In this document: in pieces, positions 12,591 to 25,702 of the stretch
How the letters are laid out: the number at the start of each line of letters is the position of its first letter
Position numbering within the stretch: position 1 is the stretch's first letter
Source of the DNA: Octopus sinensis
Taxonomy: Eukaryota
Direction of reading: 5' to 3'
DNA: 64,000 nt
Assembly: GCF_006345805.1 (NCBI RefSeq)
Contig: NC_043010.1
Location: 25,482,001 to 25,546,000 of the forward strand
Notes under the pieces: model-generated
Databases searched by the model: none
Seen by the model: the letters and a program-made list of their open reading frames with translations, nothing else
Told to the model about the DNA's origin: nothing
Made by a program: the position numbers and the translations under genes

Positions 12591-12764
12591 TCTAAACAGC
12601 AATCTAATAATGTATGAAGAGCTCGTTACTTTACCTCATAGCTCATTAATTGAAACACAGCTAAGAATGTGGTCAGGAAACAGTTAGGAATGTACAGATC
12701 AAAATTACTGATAAATTCTTCTCTTCCAATCTGTATAATGTTCTATATATGATTTTATTTTCAG

Positions 12765-12860
12765 CTAATGATGCTTTGGCCCAAAATCACCCACTTTTGA
12801 AAGTACGGCCAATGTCAGAAGCTTCTAAAAAGTCTAAACAGAAAGCTAAACGTTGTACTG
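12765..12860 (+). CDS. R3HCC1L: R3HCC1L-family exon (ANDALAQNHPLLKVRPMSEASKKSKQKAKRCT)
   Basis: ttttcag acceptor and gtaagt donor, 96 bp, phase 1-1. Resembles ARDAL...KIRPLSQA...KAKA. Confidence 0.92.
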
Positions 12861-14086
12861 GTAAGTTTGGCACCAATTCTTAAATTCTGAGTCAGTTCTG
12901 TAGTAAATTTATCTTTAGTTCTCTTACTGTTGTTTTATTGTTTGGTGCTAGGTCAGCCCTGAATAAGCCAATCTGTGATTAAAGGCATTACAGCTGAGAC
13001 CTTTCATTACCATGTCTCTTTAGTGCCATCCCACTTTTTACAATTTTATCCTCTTGTCATCCATTCTTTTCCTTCCTTTTTCACTTTCTCTCTTTTTGTT
13101 TATTACTCCTTTTCTGTCTTCCTTCCCTCCCTCCCTCCCTATCTCTCTCTCTTCCTCCAACTCCTTCGCCCCCTCTCTACTCCTCTAACTCTTTCCTGTC
13201 CTCTCTCTCTTTCACTCTCCTCTTTCCTCTTTCCACCCATTCACCTTTCTCTAAAATTCTATCCTCTTACTCCACTCATGTTCTAAATCGTTATCATATC
13301 TCTTTCACCCATGTCTCTCCTACAACCCCTTCCCCCTTAAACACTATTTACTTTGGTTTTTTCTTGGCAGGAATTTCATACAGTGTAACCAGTCTAAATT
13401 ATGGGTCCACATGAGGGTTAATGAGATCACAAGCAGGTGGACAGAGGGGACAGTCTTTTTGTGTGAAAGAGGCACAGGAGTAGCAAGTAATAGGACCTGT
13501 AAAATATATTATTTCAAATGTTAAGAGGTTTCCCTAAAAGTGCTTGGTAGCAACTCTTCTCTGGGTGATCAAATTAGCAGTGAAGAGGGGCCACCTGAAA
13601 AGCTGACTAGCCAGAGTAAGAACAAGTAAAAAAGAATTTCAAGAAGCTGTTACCTTTGTTGGCAATGAAGGGATTCCCCTGCCAAGTGTAGATTACATAA
13701 AATTTGTACACAAAATACAGTGTTGTCACAGCAGCAAAACTTGGGTCCTAAATATAGAGGTCATGAGATGACTGGGAAGAAATGAGGCAAACAATTACGC
13801 TGGATGTGGGGTGTTAGCGTATATGAACTATGAAGCACAAATGAGCTGAGATAAAATTCTGGATTTAAGAGGAATCGGGTATTGTGTGCAAGAGAGGAGA
13901 CTGAACTGTGATGGGAAAGAAAGATGGTAGTTGTGAATATCGACCTAGTTTAGGTTTTGTACAAATACTGTACAAATGGAAAGAAATCCAGAAAGAATAG
14001 TATTTTTTTCTGAAGTATTGAATTATATATAAAACATTCCAACCCAAACACAGTTTAAGTGTTTATTGTTTTTGTTTATTTTTCAG

Positions 14087-14227
14087 AGTTTCTACAGCCT
14101 TATAAACCAAGGCCAGAAACATCAGCTATTACAGCTCGCCGGATGGTTACAGGAGCTCTTGGTCTTACACCTCATATTTCTAAACAGAAACGAGATCAAG
14201 AACGCCAGCAACTAAAAGAAGCTAGAG
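14087..14227 (+). CDS. R3HCC1L: R3HCC1L-family exon (EFLQPYKPRPETSAITARRMVTGALGL...QQLKEAR)
   Basis: tttttcag acceptor and gtaggt donor. Hallmark EFLQP..RPETSA..ARR.V..ALG. Confidence 0.95.
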
Positions 14228-15029
14228 GTAGGTTTCACTAAGCAAAGTGTTAATGTTGAGCATTATTGTAAGTGCTGGTGTTGTTGATTAGCCTGTTGTG
14301 AATTTTGATAAGATGGACCTGTGGCATGTAGGTAGCCACTTTGACTATTAGGTTCTATCAATATGTCCATTTTTCGAGATATACAATACTCCCATCTGAC
14401 TAAAGACCATACTGGCATTCCCATATACAGTGGAAAATTGTATGGAGTGCAGTGACACAGTTTAGATATGTTGTACTCTCTCCCTCATCAAGTCTACTTC
14501 TGAATGCCTCAATTTGTGAACACAGCAGAGACAACCAAGGTAGTCTTGGTCATGGCACAACAGTTTATCAGTGGTAATGTGTATTTCACCATAATGTTTG
14601 AAGCTGTTTAGAGTTGCATTGTTTCTTTTCTTTTTTTAGTCAGGAGAGAAGGTAAGCCCCATGATCCATTATAAGGCTGCCAAGATTAGTGGGCAGGATG
14701 GAGAGAGGCAGCCTTGAACGGAAAACCTGGTCCAAATGCTTGTAACCGTAGACTCCACAAAAAGGTGCCAAGTATGAAACGGTGACAAGTTAACTTTACC
14801 CCCCAAGTAGACCAAGTAGACCAGAATGTAAGAAACTGGAATAAATATTGCTAGACATTTCATTCATTGCTCTAACACTCTACCAAATTTTCACCATGTA
14901 TTGTAAATTGATGGTGTATTTTAACCTGAAGTCAATACACATTGTGCCAACATTTATGATTAGAAGCTGTTGTAAATTATTTTAATAACTAGAATGTTAT
15001 CCATCATATATGGCAGGTTACTTTCAAAA

Positions 15030-15670
15030 TATAATAATAAGCTTATTGTATACAGTGCACAGATGCATTACAATTCATTGGAAAAGGTTAAAGACAGAGA
15101 ACAGACATATGCCAAGTTAAGAAAGACAGCAATGCTAGTGGAAAGTCCATACATAGTAAACAGGATAAAAACTGAAAAAAAAAACAGTAGCAGTGAATAA
15201 TGAAATAGTAATAAAGAGGAAAGTGTACAAAAGCCCATCAGGAGTAGTGTTGATGAATTTTGGGGAGCATAAAATCTTTGAAGAACGTAGTGTCCTGACA
15301 GCTGACAACTGATGCAAGTTGTTTATCCTATGCTTTGACTTTTCTGAGCATGAAAAAATGTTTCCATTAAGTCATGGTACTATGCTGTTCTTTGATTTTA
15401 TATCGCATGTTTGTGAGTGTTAGAGATATGGCATTCAAAAAGGCAGCCGAAGTTGTTGTTGGAAAGATGGTGGATAATCTTGTGGGATTCTGCAATGAGC
15501 TGCTAGATGTTGAAACTTTAGTGTGTTAATGCCCTGAGAAACAATATCTACAAGATATGGTAAGTGACTGACAGAAGGTATTCGTCTTGTTGTTGTATGT
15601 GTCTGGAAAGCTTCCAGTAGATGGATATATATTCTGGACAAGATGGTTCCAGATTGGAGAGTACTTTTGC
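15030..15670 (-). mobile_element. CR1-clade LINE 3' fragment, heavily decayed
   Basis: Minus-strand LEAFQ...TTRRIPSVSHLPY and the 3' UTR match the 27745-28680 copy. Confidence 0.75.
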
Positions 15671-16662
15671 TACAGTAGTATCAGGAAATATGTCATACAT
15701 ATAATAAATATATTTTAACTTTTATCAAATTTCTTGGTGTTTATACAAACTGATAAAATATTGATCATTATTGAATGTTCTTTTTCCATGCTGGCATAGG
15801 TTGGATGTTTCAAAAGGAAAATATTCTTTACCTTAAAATAAATAAAAAAAACTTCTCATTTATATATTTGCAATAAAAATATGATGTATGTTATTGTTTC
15901 TTAAAATTTTATCCACATAATTGCAATCTACATGACTGAAAGACTGCCTCTGCAAAATTTCATTAAAAAAGTGCCTCTTGTTCAGAACATTCCAAGTAAA
16001 ATCATCCTGTAATCCTGTACCTCTTATGTTGACTCTCTCTCCCCTCTCTCTCTTTCTGTCTTTCTTGCCCTGTCTCTTTTTTTATATGGTGTAAAGTAGT
16101 GCTTCTCAGGCGTACCAGCATTTTTTTTTTCCAATGTGCCAGGGACCATAATATTTCTTAGTAATATTAATATATACTGGAAACAATATATATAATTATG
16201 GAGATGACTTAATCTGAGATCATATGCCGAAACAAAAACTATTGCAACACAGGAGGTGTTTATAAGCCATTTAAAAACACACAAAAAACCATTAGATTCA
16301 CTTCAACATTTAAATTTAATGTGTGTCAAAATATTTTCATCATTTTGAAACCGAGACCTGTTCACTGACAAAACTTCGGCCTGCATCTGAGAAAATAACA
16401 GCTAATTCATGATGTATGTATGGATGGATGGATGCATGCATGCAAACAATACAATATTACATAAGCATTTTATAATGTTTCTTTCTTTTCTGGAAACTCA
16501 CCAAATACCGGCAGCTGATGGCTCACAGACTGGCACCAGTCCATGGACCACCATTTTGAGTAGCACTGGTGTAAAGCATAATTTTCGAAACAACCCACCA
16601 AACAACCTATGTCTATATCGGTCATTGTTAAAAATAGATTTCTTTTTTCTTTTGTTTTTCAG

Positions 16663-16748
16663 AAAAGAAACGGCAGGACCGACTGACAAAGAATTCCATC
16701 TGGGATGGGAACATAGGAAAGTGTGCCATGGACACTGGTGATAATTAA
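16663..16748 (+). CDS. R3HCC1L: R3HCC1L-family terminal coding exon (EKKRQDRLTKNSIWDGNIGKCAMDTGDN*)
   Basis: Long polypyrimidine tract + cag at 16660-62. Phase 1 gives EAR-EKKR...IWDG, like vertebrate EARERKR...DIWEG. TAA at 16746-48. Confidence 0.88.
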
Positions 16749-16930
16749 ACTGTCTCACTGGAAACCCTTATCGCTGTGTCCACAGTGTCTACCATGGCAA
16801 AACAGTTGGAACTCACTGACTATTAGTTTGAGACCTAGATGTCTGTCTCTCTGTTCCCTTCACTCACCTCTCACCCACCCAATTCTCTCTCTTTCCACCA
16901 TCCTCCCCACCATGACTTCAAGCTTCACCC

Positions 16931-16967
<37 letters not shown>

Positions 16968-17080
16968 CTCAACTAAATAGATTTAATAACGTTGGCATTG
17001 CTTGGCTACAGCCAATTGAAGCCAGAGACAACTAGATTACACTAGTCCCTCTCCATGAAAACATCTGCAGTGCATGCATA

Positions 17081-17252
17081 TTGTTAAAGAGGACAACAAG
17101 TGTTAAGGCAAGGCAAACATCTCAAGTCATATACATTATTATTATTGGAAAAAAATTCAGTCTTACAGCTGTTTCTGGGATATTCCAGAATATCCCATAG
17201 GAGGGACTTGAGATGTTTGCCTTGCCTTAATGTTTGTTGTCCTCTTTAACAA
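17081..17252. repeat. Fold-back (48-bp arms 17081-17128 and 17205-17252) enclosing a partial hammerhead-like motif
   Basis: Arms are visible directly. The loop reads TGGGATATTC-TG-GAATATCCCA-GAAACAGCTGTA on the minus strand. Confidence 0.8.
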
Positions 17253-18304
17253 TTATATATCTGCTATATCGGAAATCTACAATAGCTCCATAACTACCAT
17301 CTCGGCTTATAACCTTGGAGCCCATTTCGGCACTTACCTAGCATACCTAGTCATTTAGATCACCTGTGAACTAAACACCCATATTTTATATATATATATG
17401 TGTGTGTGTGTAATATGTATATATGCCTGGATATATATAATATATATATGATATGAATATGTATATTCTTTTCTTTTATTCTTTCGCTTGTTTCTGTCAT
17501 TTGACTGTGGTCATGCTGGAGCACAGCTTTAAAGGGTTTTTTAGCCAAAGAAATTGACCTCAGGACTTATTCTTTGTAAGCCTAGTACTTATTCTATTTT
17601 ACTGAACCGCTGAGTTACAGAGACACCAGCTTTGGTTGTCAAGCGATAGCTGGAAGGACAAACACAGACACAAAGACACACTCACATATATATACACATA
17701 TATACGATGGGCTTCTTTCAGTTTCCGTCTACCAAATCCACTCACAAGACTTTGGTCAGTATGTATTTATATGTGTGTGTGTGTGTATGCATATATATAT
17801 ATATGCAAACCAAGGGTTATTAAGGAAGAATCTACTGAAGTTATCTTTGCCTTTCATCCTTTTGGTGTTGGTAAAGTCCTAGTTAAGTATGAGGGTCGAT
17901 GTAATGGATATGACCCCTCCCCTCAGAATTGCTGGCTTGAACCCTATGATAGATTGGTGTCCTGTTCAGGAGGGATGTTGTGATCTTGGTCACTTAATGG
18001 AAACTGTGGACAACTGACTTTATGAATCCCAAAGGTCAAGAAATATATATTTATATATATGTGTGTGTGTGTGTATACATACATACATGCATATAAGATA
18101 TATGCATTTGTGTTTATATATCGTGTGCATGTGTAGTTGGCAGTTTCATTGCTAGAAGTTGATTGGAATGAAGGAGGAACATTCCTTCATCATAAAATCA
18201 GAAGTTAAATAGATTTATATTTATAACTGTTCCTTCATCTGGAAGCTGTGGCTTTGTGCCCATGTTAGAAATCATCATCATCTCCATCACAATCATCATC
18301 ACTA

Positions 18305-18725
18305 AGGTGGCAAGCTTGTAGAATCATTACTGCACTGGGCAAAATGCTTAGGAGCATTTTGTCTCTTTACGTTCTGAGTTCAAATTCTGCCAAGGTCAAC
18401 TTCGCTTTTCATCCCTTTGGGGGTCGATAAATTAAGTACCAGTGGAACACTGGGGTTGATGTAATCGACTTACTCCCTTCCCCGAAATTACTGGCCTTGT
18501 GCCAAACTTTGAAACCATTATTAAGAAGTTGTGGAATTTCAGAATTGTTAGTGTCAAACAAAATGCTTTGTGGTATTTAGTTATGGCTCTTTACATTCTG
18601 AGTTCAAATCTCGCCAAGGTCAACTTTGCCTTTCATCCCTCCAAGGTTGATAAAATAAAGTACCAGTCATGTACTAGGGTTTATTAACTCATCCCTTTCC
18701 TTCAGGTTTCTGGCCTTGTGCTTAT
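18305..18725 (+). mobile_element. Two tandem copies of SINE family C (Deu/Nin-domain-like core)
   Basis: Repeated TTCTGAGTTCAAAT..GCCAAGGTCAACTT.GC.TTTCATCCC...GATAAA..AAGTACCAGT. Further copies at about 30070-30245 (+) and 11810-11940 (-). Domain name assigned from memory. Confidence 0.65.
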
Positions 18726-20953
18726 GTTTATACATCATTTTTAAAGGGTAATATGTGAAAATGAATATAACACAAAAGAAAAAAAGGGTTTCCAATTACC
18801 ATGTTTGCCCATTACTTTTTTTGGTCTTCCATACATGTAGCACACATAATTCACCTCCACTTCATACCCTTATGTGGAGGCTTAGTGGTTAGGGGTGTTG
18901 AACTCATGATCGTAAGTTTGTAGTTTCAATTCCTGGACAAGGTGAAGCAGTGTTTTTGAGCAAAACACTTCATTTCACTTTGCTCCAGTCCACTCAGCTG
19001 GCAAAAATGAGTAACCATGCAACGGACTAGCATCCCATCCTGGGGTTAATATAGATGCATCACAGCAACTGGGATACTGGCCCTTATGAGCCAGTATCAC
19101 TCATGGAGGATCTCAGATCTCATACCATCACCTTCCTCCCCCCTCCCCCCATCCTTTCACATAGCCACTGTTTGAAATGGCACAATGTTTTTTTATTTTC
19201 CATCCAGAGGGAGAAAGGACAGATAACTCATGGACGAGGCAAAACAACTTCAATTGAAAGTGTGACATGTTTTTCCGTCTGTGAGGAGTCCTTGAGAAAA
19301 ATAAAGAAGACAACAACAACAAATCGGTATCCTGTGACGAAGGCTATCTCTGTTTCTGGCAGCTAGTAATACTGACAGTATAACGTCTCCGGCCAAACTG
19401 CAGCCAACATTGCATGTTGCTGACCACTGCTATATGCTATTTATTGCTCGGAGCTTTTGTTTGGCTTTTTTTTTTCTATCTTTTTTTTTACTTCCAACCA
19501 ACAAACAATCAACAAAGAAAAAATGCAAAAGAAAAACCATCGAACCAAACATTTGGTATTGTTGAAACTATTTGTGACATTGCAGCATTTACATATACAA
19601 GAAGCCACTCTGTTAAAAGACACAAAGGAAAAAAAAATATTATGGATGATGTTGGTACTTCCCGAAATATAGTATGTGTATGTATATATATTTATATAGG
19701 GTACCAACGAGTATTATTCGGTTTGGATCTCAAGGAATGCTGTATTTGCCCTTTTTTATCCATTTTTTCTCCTTCAGTCCCTGGAACTCCTGACCAAAAG
19801 ATGTGTGGTTAATGACTTTTTACTGCTAAATGTAAAATACATATTTCTAAATTTCAAATTTCACTATAACGCTGGCTCTTAAAGCATTCACATGCCTCTC
19901 AAGCCTACTCTTTCTTTCCATCTCTGTCTCTTTCTCTCCCCTCTTCTTCTTCCTCTTTATGTATGCATGCCATTTTTTTTGCCCCTCTCACCTGCTTTCA
20001 TCTTTACATTCAGCATTTGTCTACCTTACTCTCACAAAATATACTTTCTTTTTCTTTCTCCTACTGTCTCAATCTCAGCATGTTTTCCTCCCACTTAGCA
20101 ATCATGCTTTTTCTCTCTCACTCAATACTCACATGCTTTGTTTTTTCTCCTTTCTTGCTCAGCACTCATTCTTTTCCTAAACTCCAATACTCACATGCTG
20201 CTCTCTCTCTCTCTCCTTCCTCTCTCTTTCTCCTCTCTCCTTTGCACCCATCATTCCTGTTCTTTCCCCTCCTTCACATTCAACGCTCATGTGCTTACTC
20301 CCCCTTACAACACTCTCCTGATTTCTCTCCCCTCAAACTCCACTTTCACATACCTTCTTACTTTATCCTAACCTTCTTTTTACACATACACACACACATC
20401 CAATCCAAAACGACCCCTACTCACACACACATACAACCACTAAATCCATTACATTATAATCCCTTCTTCTTTTGCCACATGATCTTAATCCACATTGACC
20501 ACTCTGCATCTCCTCTCTCCCTCTCTCTCTCTCTCTCTCACTCTCTCCTATTTGCTTCTGAGATGGCAGCCATCTTAACTTGGACACTGCTGACTTTACT
20601 TTAACTAAACTGCAGCCCAAACTCTATTTTGTATAAAGTTCACAAATTCAAATTAACTTGACATGCCAAAGAGGCAGACATAAGTACTGACGTTTGAGCA
20701 AACTTCTTCTTCGGAGAACAAGATTTCAAACTGTTTAGAATAAAATCTGACTGCCTAACTTATTCCCAAAGTACTGTTGTAAACTTTTCACTATTTCCTT
20801 TTCTAAAGAAGAACTTCCTTTGAAACCTCAGTTGATCTGCATCTCCTCATGGCATGTCATTTCTATTATAGGAGGATTTTTTTTCTCAATGTAGACCAGC
20901 ACTATTTTCTCTGGACTCTGGTTTTTTTTATTTCCTATTTTGTATAAAATTTC

Positions 20954-21007
<54 letters not shown>

Positions 21008-21570
21008 TGTTTTTTTTTCTTCCATCACTACTTTTACACCACTGTTGCCATCACCACCTCCAGCACCAAAAGTTGTTTTTTTCCCTAATGGCAGTCAATT
21101 TGTAAATTACACTCTATTTCAGATCTAGATACAAACACATTCAAACACACACACACACACATATACATACACACATACATACACACAATACTCTCTCTCA
21201 GAAATGGCTTTATGTATAGCGACACTTTGCGACATTTTTCTTTCTCTCATACAAAATGTACACACAATGCACACATATAATACATACATACATAAATACA
21301 CACGCACACATACACATAAGCTAAACTCAGCCAAGTGCACCTTATTTTCCCTCACATTGCAGCCTTCATTTCTGCAATAAAAGGTTTGTAGATTCTTCTG
21401 AATATTTTTTGTTTGTCTCTATCTTGAAATACAGATTTTTACTTATCTCTTTCACTTTGTGTGTGTCTGTCTCTCTTTCTCTCTCTCTCTCATTATGGTG
21501 TCATTTTCTTTTTAACTCTGGTGATTTTTAACAGATCCCAAACAACTCATTACTAGCTTCCTGAATTTAA

Positions 21571-21767
21571 CCCTTTAGCATTCAGAATATCCTGTCAAAT
21601 GTAATGCTTATTTATTCACATTGTTTGAATTAATCAAGCATTATCTCATAGCTTTGAAATTTCAATGATGTGTTTGTATATATTTTTAGAATGACATGGT
21701 CTGGTCAGTTTGACATAAAACAAGTAGAATATTTGGGTCAGAAATGGCCAGTTTAAATGCTAAAGGG
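21571..21767. mobile_element. piggyBac-type MITE (197 bp)
   Basis: TTAA|CCCTTTAGCATT ... AATGCTAAAGGG|TTCA: CCC/GGG termini with a TTAA-type TSD, one copy mutated. Related decayed copies near 28780-28955 and 37880-38330. Confidence 0.75.
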
Positions 21768-22701
21768 TTCAATCATGCAGGGGTTGAAATTTCTCTTTCA
21801 TCCTTCAAAGGGTGATAAAATAAAATAGTAATTTAATACTGGAGTTGATTAAATCCACCATACTGCCTCCTCCAAATGTGTGGCCTATATACCTGAGAAA
21901 AGAATTATTTTCCAGCTTTGGGTTTTCAGGTGAGAAGACAGTTACTTAAATTAACCTGAACACAATACATCTTCATCATCATCATTTAATGTCTGCTTTC
22001 CATGCTGGCATGGGTTGGATAGTTTGACTGAGGACTGGCAAGCCAGAAGGCTGCACCAGGCTCCAATCTGATCTGGCAAGGTTTCTACAACTGGATGCCC
22101 TTCCTAATGCCAACAACTCCAAGAGTGTAGTGGGTGCTTTTTACATGCCACCGGTATGAGGGCCAGTCAGGAGGTAGGTGCTGGCATGGACCACACTTGA
22201 ATGGTCCTTTTTATCTCACAATACAATTTGAAAATAAAACTGCTTGTACACTGTAACAAGTGGCAAATCCTGATTTGACCTGTTTCTGAAAGGTTGGTCT
22301 CTGAAGAAGAAATGAGAAGTACATGTGAAAAATGAAGGGGTTGGATGAGATGATTGGCTTTACACAGGGGGTAGGACATCAGTAACCAGAGAGAGAAAGC
22401 TAAAGGAAAAGTTGGTGTGTTAAAAGAATCTCTGTCTATGCATACTGATATGAATCACATATATACATATACTAGCAGCATAGCCTGGCGTTGCCCGGGT
22501 ATGTAAGAGTCCCTAGTAGGCAACGACTAATCCCAATCTAGTCCTTTCCCTCTAGGGAACGAAGGTGCATGTGTAGGTTGCAATGTCTTCTCTTCACTCC
22601 CAAATAACTATCAAACAGCTATCGATAATTCAACCCAACCAATTCCTACCAGGAGGAAATTACATTCGAGACTTTACCCCCAACACCAACTTCTGCTAAT
22701 A

Positions 22702-23990
22702 CGAGGGGCGTTCAATAAGAAATGCCCCTGACCCACTTGCAGTTGTTTGATCTAGCTGAAATTTTGCATGTGCAATTATTTATATCTCTATAGATTAAGT
22801 GGCAAATTACAGCTCTGAACTAATTGTGGCTTCCGATTTACAGGTGTTTGAACTGAGTCAAGTGTGAAATGGAGCATGTTGAGTGTCGAGCAGTGATCCG
22901 GTTTTTGTATTTGAAAGGACGCACACCACGGGAGACTTTTTATGAAATGAAAGTAACTTATGGTGATGATGCTCCATCATATGACCTTGTAAAACGCTGG
23001 CATCGTGAATTCAAACATGGTCGGAACTCTGTGGAAACAGCTCCCAGATCTGGTCGCCCCCTTCTGCCATTGATGAGGCATCTGTCTGTCAAGTTGAGGC
23101 TGCCATTTTGGAAGATCGACGCATAACTATTCGCCAAATAGACCATCAGGTCAAGATTAGTACCGGGTCTGTGGAAACTATCATTCATGACCATTTGCAT
23201 ATGCAAAAGGTGTCTGCCAGATGGATTCCCAGGTTGCTCACACCTTTCCAGAAGCAAGAACGCGTCGATTGCTCGAGGATAAATTTGGAGATGTGCCAAG
23301 AAGATGAGTCAAAATTTTTCAAAAGACTGATTGCATAGGATAAAACCTGGGTCCATCACTATGATCCAGAGACCAAAGCCCAGTCAATGCAGTGGAAGCA
23401 CCGTGACTCACCTCCTCCAAAGAAGGCAAGGGTGCAGCCCTCCGCTGGCAAGGTCATGCTTACAGTCTTCTGAGACCAGGACGGAGTAGTGAAGACAGAT
23501 TTCCTGGCAAAGGGTGCCACAATTACAGGAGTCTATTATGCTTCACTTTTGAGGAAATTAAGAGAAGCTATCAAAATCAAGAGGTGGGGCAAGATCAAAG
23601 GCATCCTCCTCCTGCAGGACAACGCTCCGATCCACAACTCGCGTGTCGCCAGATCAGAAGCACAGGCGTGTGGCTATGAACTCATCCCCCATCCCCCCTA
23701 CTCTCCTAACCTTGCACCCTCTGATTTTCACCTCTTCCCAGCCATGAAGTTGTTTTTGAAAGGAAAGCGTTTCCCAGATGATGCAGCCTTGATTTCTGAA
23801 GTCACGTCGTGGTTGGAGGACCAAGCTGGGGTTTTCTACAAAAACGGTCTTCAGAGCTGCATCAAACGATGGGAGAAATGCATAACTCTGAGTGGTTCCT
23901 ATGTAGAAAAAGACTAATAACTGTTCCAAGTTTCGTTGCTCTACTGCTATGGGAAGTGGGTCAGGGGCATTACTTATTGAACGCCCCTCG
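22702..23990 (+). mobile_element. Full-length mariner transposon (1289 bp, DD34D, irritans-like)
   Basis: TA TSDs at 22700-01 and 23991-92. 37-bp TIRs CGAGGGGCGTTCAATAAG(A/T)AATGCCCCTGACCCACTT with one mismatch. Confidence 0.95.
22869..23917 (+). pseudogene. Mariner transposase pseudogene
   Basis: HTH region, WIPRLL, DKTWVHHYDPE, LQDNAP-x34-D within YSPNLAPSDFHLF. One frameshift near 23060 and stops at about 23336 and 23471. Confidence 0.92.
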
Positions 23991-25462
23991 TAGCTGCTGC
24001 AGCCGCAAGTTATTCGAATACTTTCTTTATAACTACCACCCCAAACGTTTTACCTTAAATTTTTGACGTACGCTACTTGCAAACTCTTGGTTTATTATAA
24101 ACCGCTTCTGTCGTGTGCACCAAAAAACCTTTTCCATTCGTTTGTTCAGTTTGGTCACTTTTGACTTTTTCGTTGTTGTCACTCACATTGCTGCCCGCTC
24201 TTTTGCCGTTTTTGTACATTTTTATACATTTTGGGATACTTACCCCACGTGTTCCAAGAGTTAAAAAGGTCGAGTTGCGTCTCCTAGACAGTCTGTTGTT
24301 TGTGTTTAATACACAAATCGGTTTGCTATGTGTGCCACATATGATTTAATTAACCGATTTTTTCCAGTAATAAAGTATCCTATTGGAATAAAAAAGACCA
24401 TATAGCTCCTTGGAGCAGACATGATGCCTGCTGTGAATTTAAAAAAAAATTCCTGCCAATTTGTGAAAGATATTGTTGAAAATATGTCATCTTGAATTTG
24501 AACGCGATTTCCCAAAATGACATGATTTTATCGATTTTTTTCCTGATGGTAAGGTATTGCATGGAAAACTAACGTCAGAATTAAGTTTCTTAGGGTAACA
24601 TTAAGCTTCACCATGAGTTTGGTTTAAAATCGATTGCAAGTTGCGAAAACTACAACAGAAAATGTGTTGCATATAAAAAGCTTAGATTCTCGACCCCATG
24701 TCAAATTTATCGATTTTTTTCAGAACTGGGGGAACTTTTCAAAATTTTCGCTGCGTTAGTTTTGAATTATGGCATTGGGCTATGTGTGTGTCAAGTTTCA
24801 TCAGAATCGGTTCAAAGCCGTGGTCAGGGTAAGGGTACAACCTGACAGACACACAGACAGACAAACTGCCATTTATATATAGAGAGAAGAGATATACATA
24901 TATATACATGTGTGTGTGTATACAAAGGAAGACAATGTAAAGTTCAAAATACTGGAAGGTTTTTTTATGTAAGAGCAACCAGTGGCATATAAAATATAGG
25001 GAGAGTTGATATTAATAGGAAAACAAAAGATGAAGGCAGGTGTATGAACACCAAGGAAGTGTATTAGTTTGACACATGAGAAAAATCAGCCGAAATTGTG
25101 AGGATGATCCGGTTCTTGACTGAAGATTGAAGGCTTCGAATGACCCGTCCATGTTTTTTGTATCATCTGAATGTTTTGCGTTCTTGTCCCATTTTGTATT
25201 TATATATATCTATATAAACAAGATTCAGTTGAATAAGGCACCTAGTTAGGTCAGAATAAAATGCACACAGAACAATTTTTAGATGAATACCAACCTTGGT
25301 ATAGAAGCGCTGGCAGAATGCTATTCGGGAGATGTATGCAGTCAATTTGTCCCAACTGAGCATCTAATTTGCTCTTGAATTATTCAGACATTAAATATAC
25401 AACCCATAATGTACTTCAGAACAGGCAAGGGGAAGGTTCTGAGATGGGTGGATTAAAAATAA

Positions 25463-25695
25463 ATAAATAACAATTGAAGGACAAGTTATGGCTGTTTCTA
25501 ATGAATTTTTTAATTCATGAGTACATTATATCGCAAACTTTACAATCAAGGACATGTCCTTGATTGTAAAGTTCATCTATTCATCTGAAGAAAATGTTTT
25601 TTTAGAATGATATAATGTAATAATTTTGTGAATTAAAAAAAATTCGTTAGAGACGGCTGTAATGATTTGACACCTGTCCTCCAACTGTTATTTAT
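25463..25695. repeat. Decayed fold-back with a perfect 38-bp central palindrome (25536-25573) and a hammerhead-like core
   Basis: AACTTTACAATCAAGGACA|TGTCCTTGATTGTAAAGTT. Outer arms are imperfect. TCAT-CTGAAGA (25585)...GAGAC-GGCT-GTA-ATGA (25650-25665). Confidence 0.8.
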
Positions 25696-25702
25696 ATATA
25701 TA

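Larger units (their letters stand above)
22472..24892 (-). mobile_element. Non-autonomous Helitron-like element carrying a mariner insertion
   Basis: Minus strand starts A|TCTCTTCTCTCTATATATAAA at 24892 and ends with a GC hairpin (CCCGGGCAACGCCAGG) followed by CTAG|T at 22472. No TSD. Confidence 0.75.

Noticed and set aside
19377-19400. miR-8/miR-200-like sequence TAATACTGACAGTATAACGTC
   Set aside because: The seed matches but the 3' part diverges and no complementary arm forms a pre-miRNA hairpin.
19892-20620. 213-aa and overlapping Ser/Leu/Phe-rich ORFs
   Set aside because: A pyrimidine-rich low-complexity tract depleted of stop codons, with no domain features.
22869-23917. Host SETMAR gene
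   Set aside because: No SET domain or exons. It is flanked by TIRs and TA and carries stops, so it is a dead mariner.
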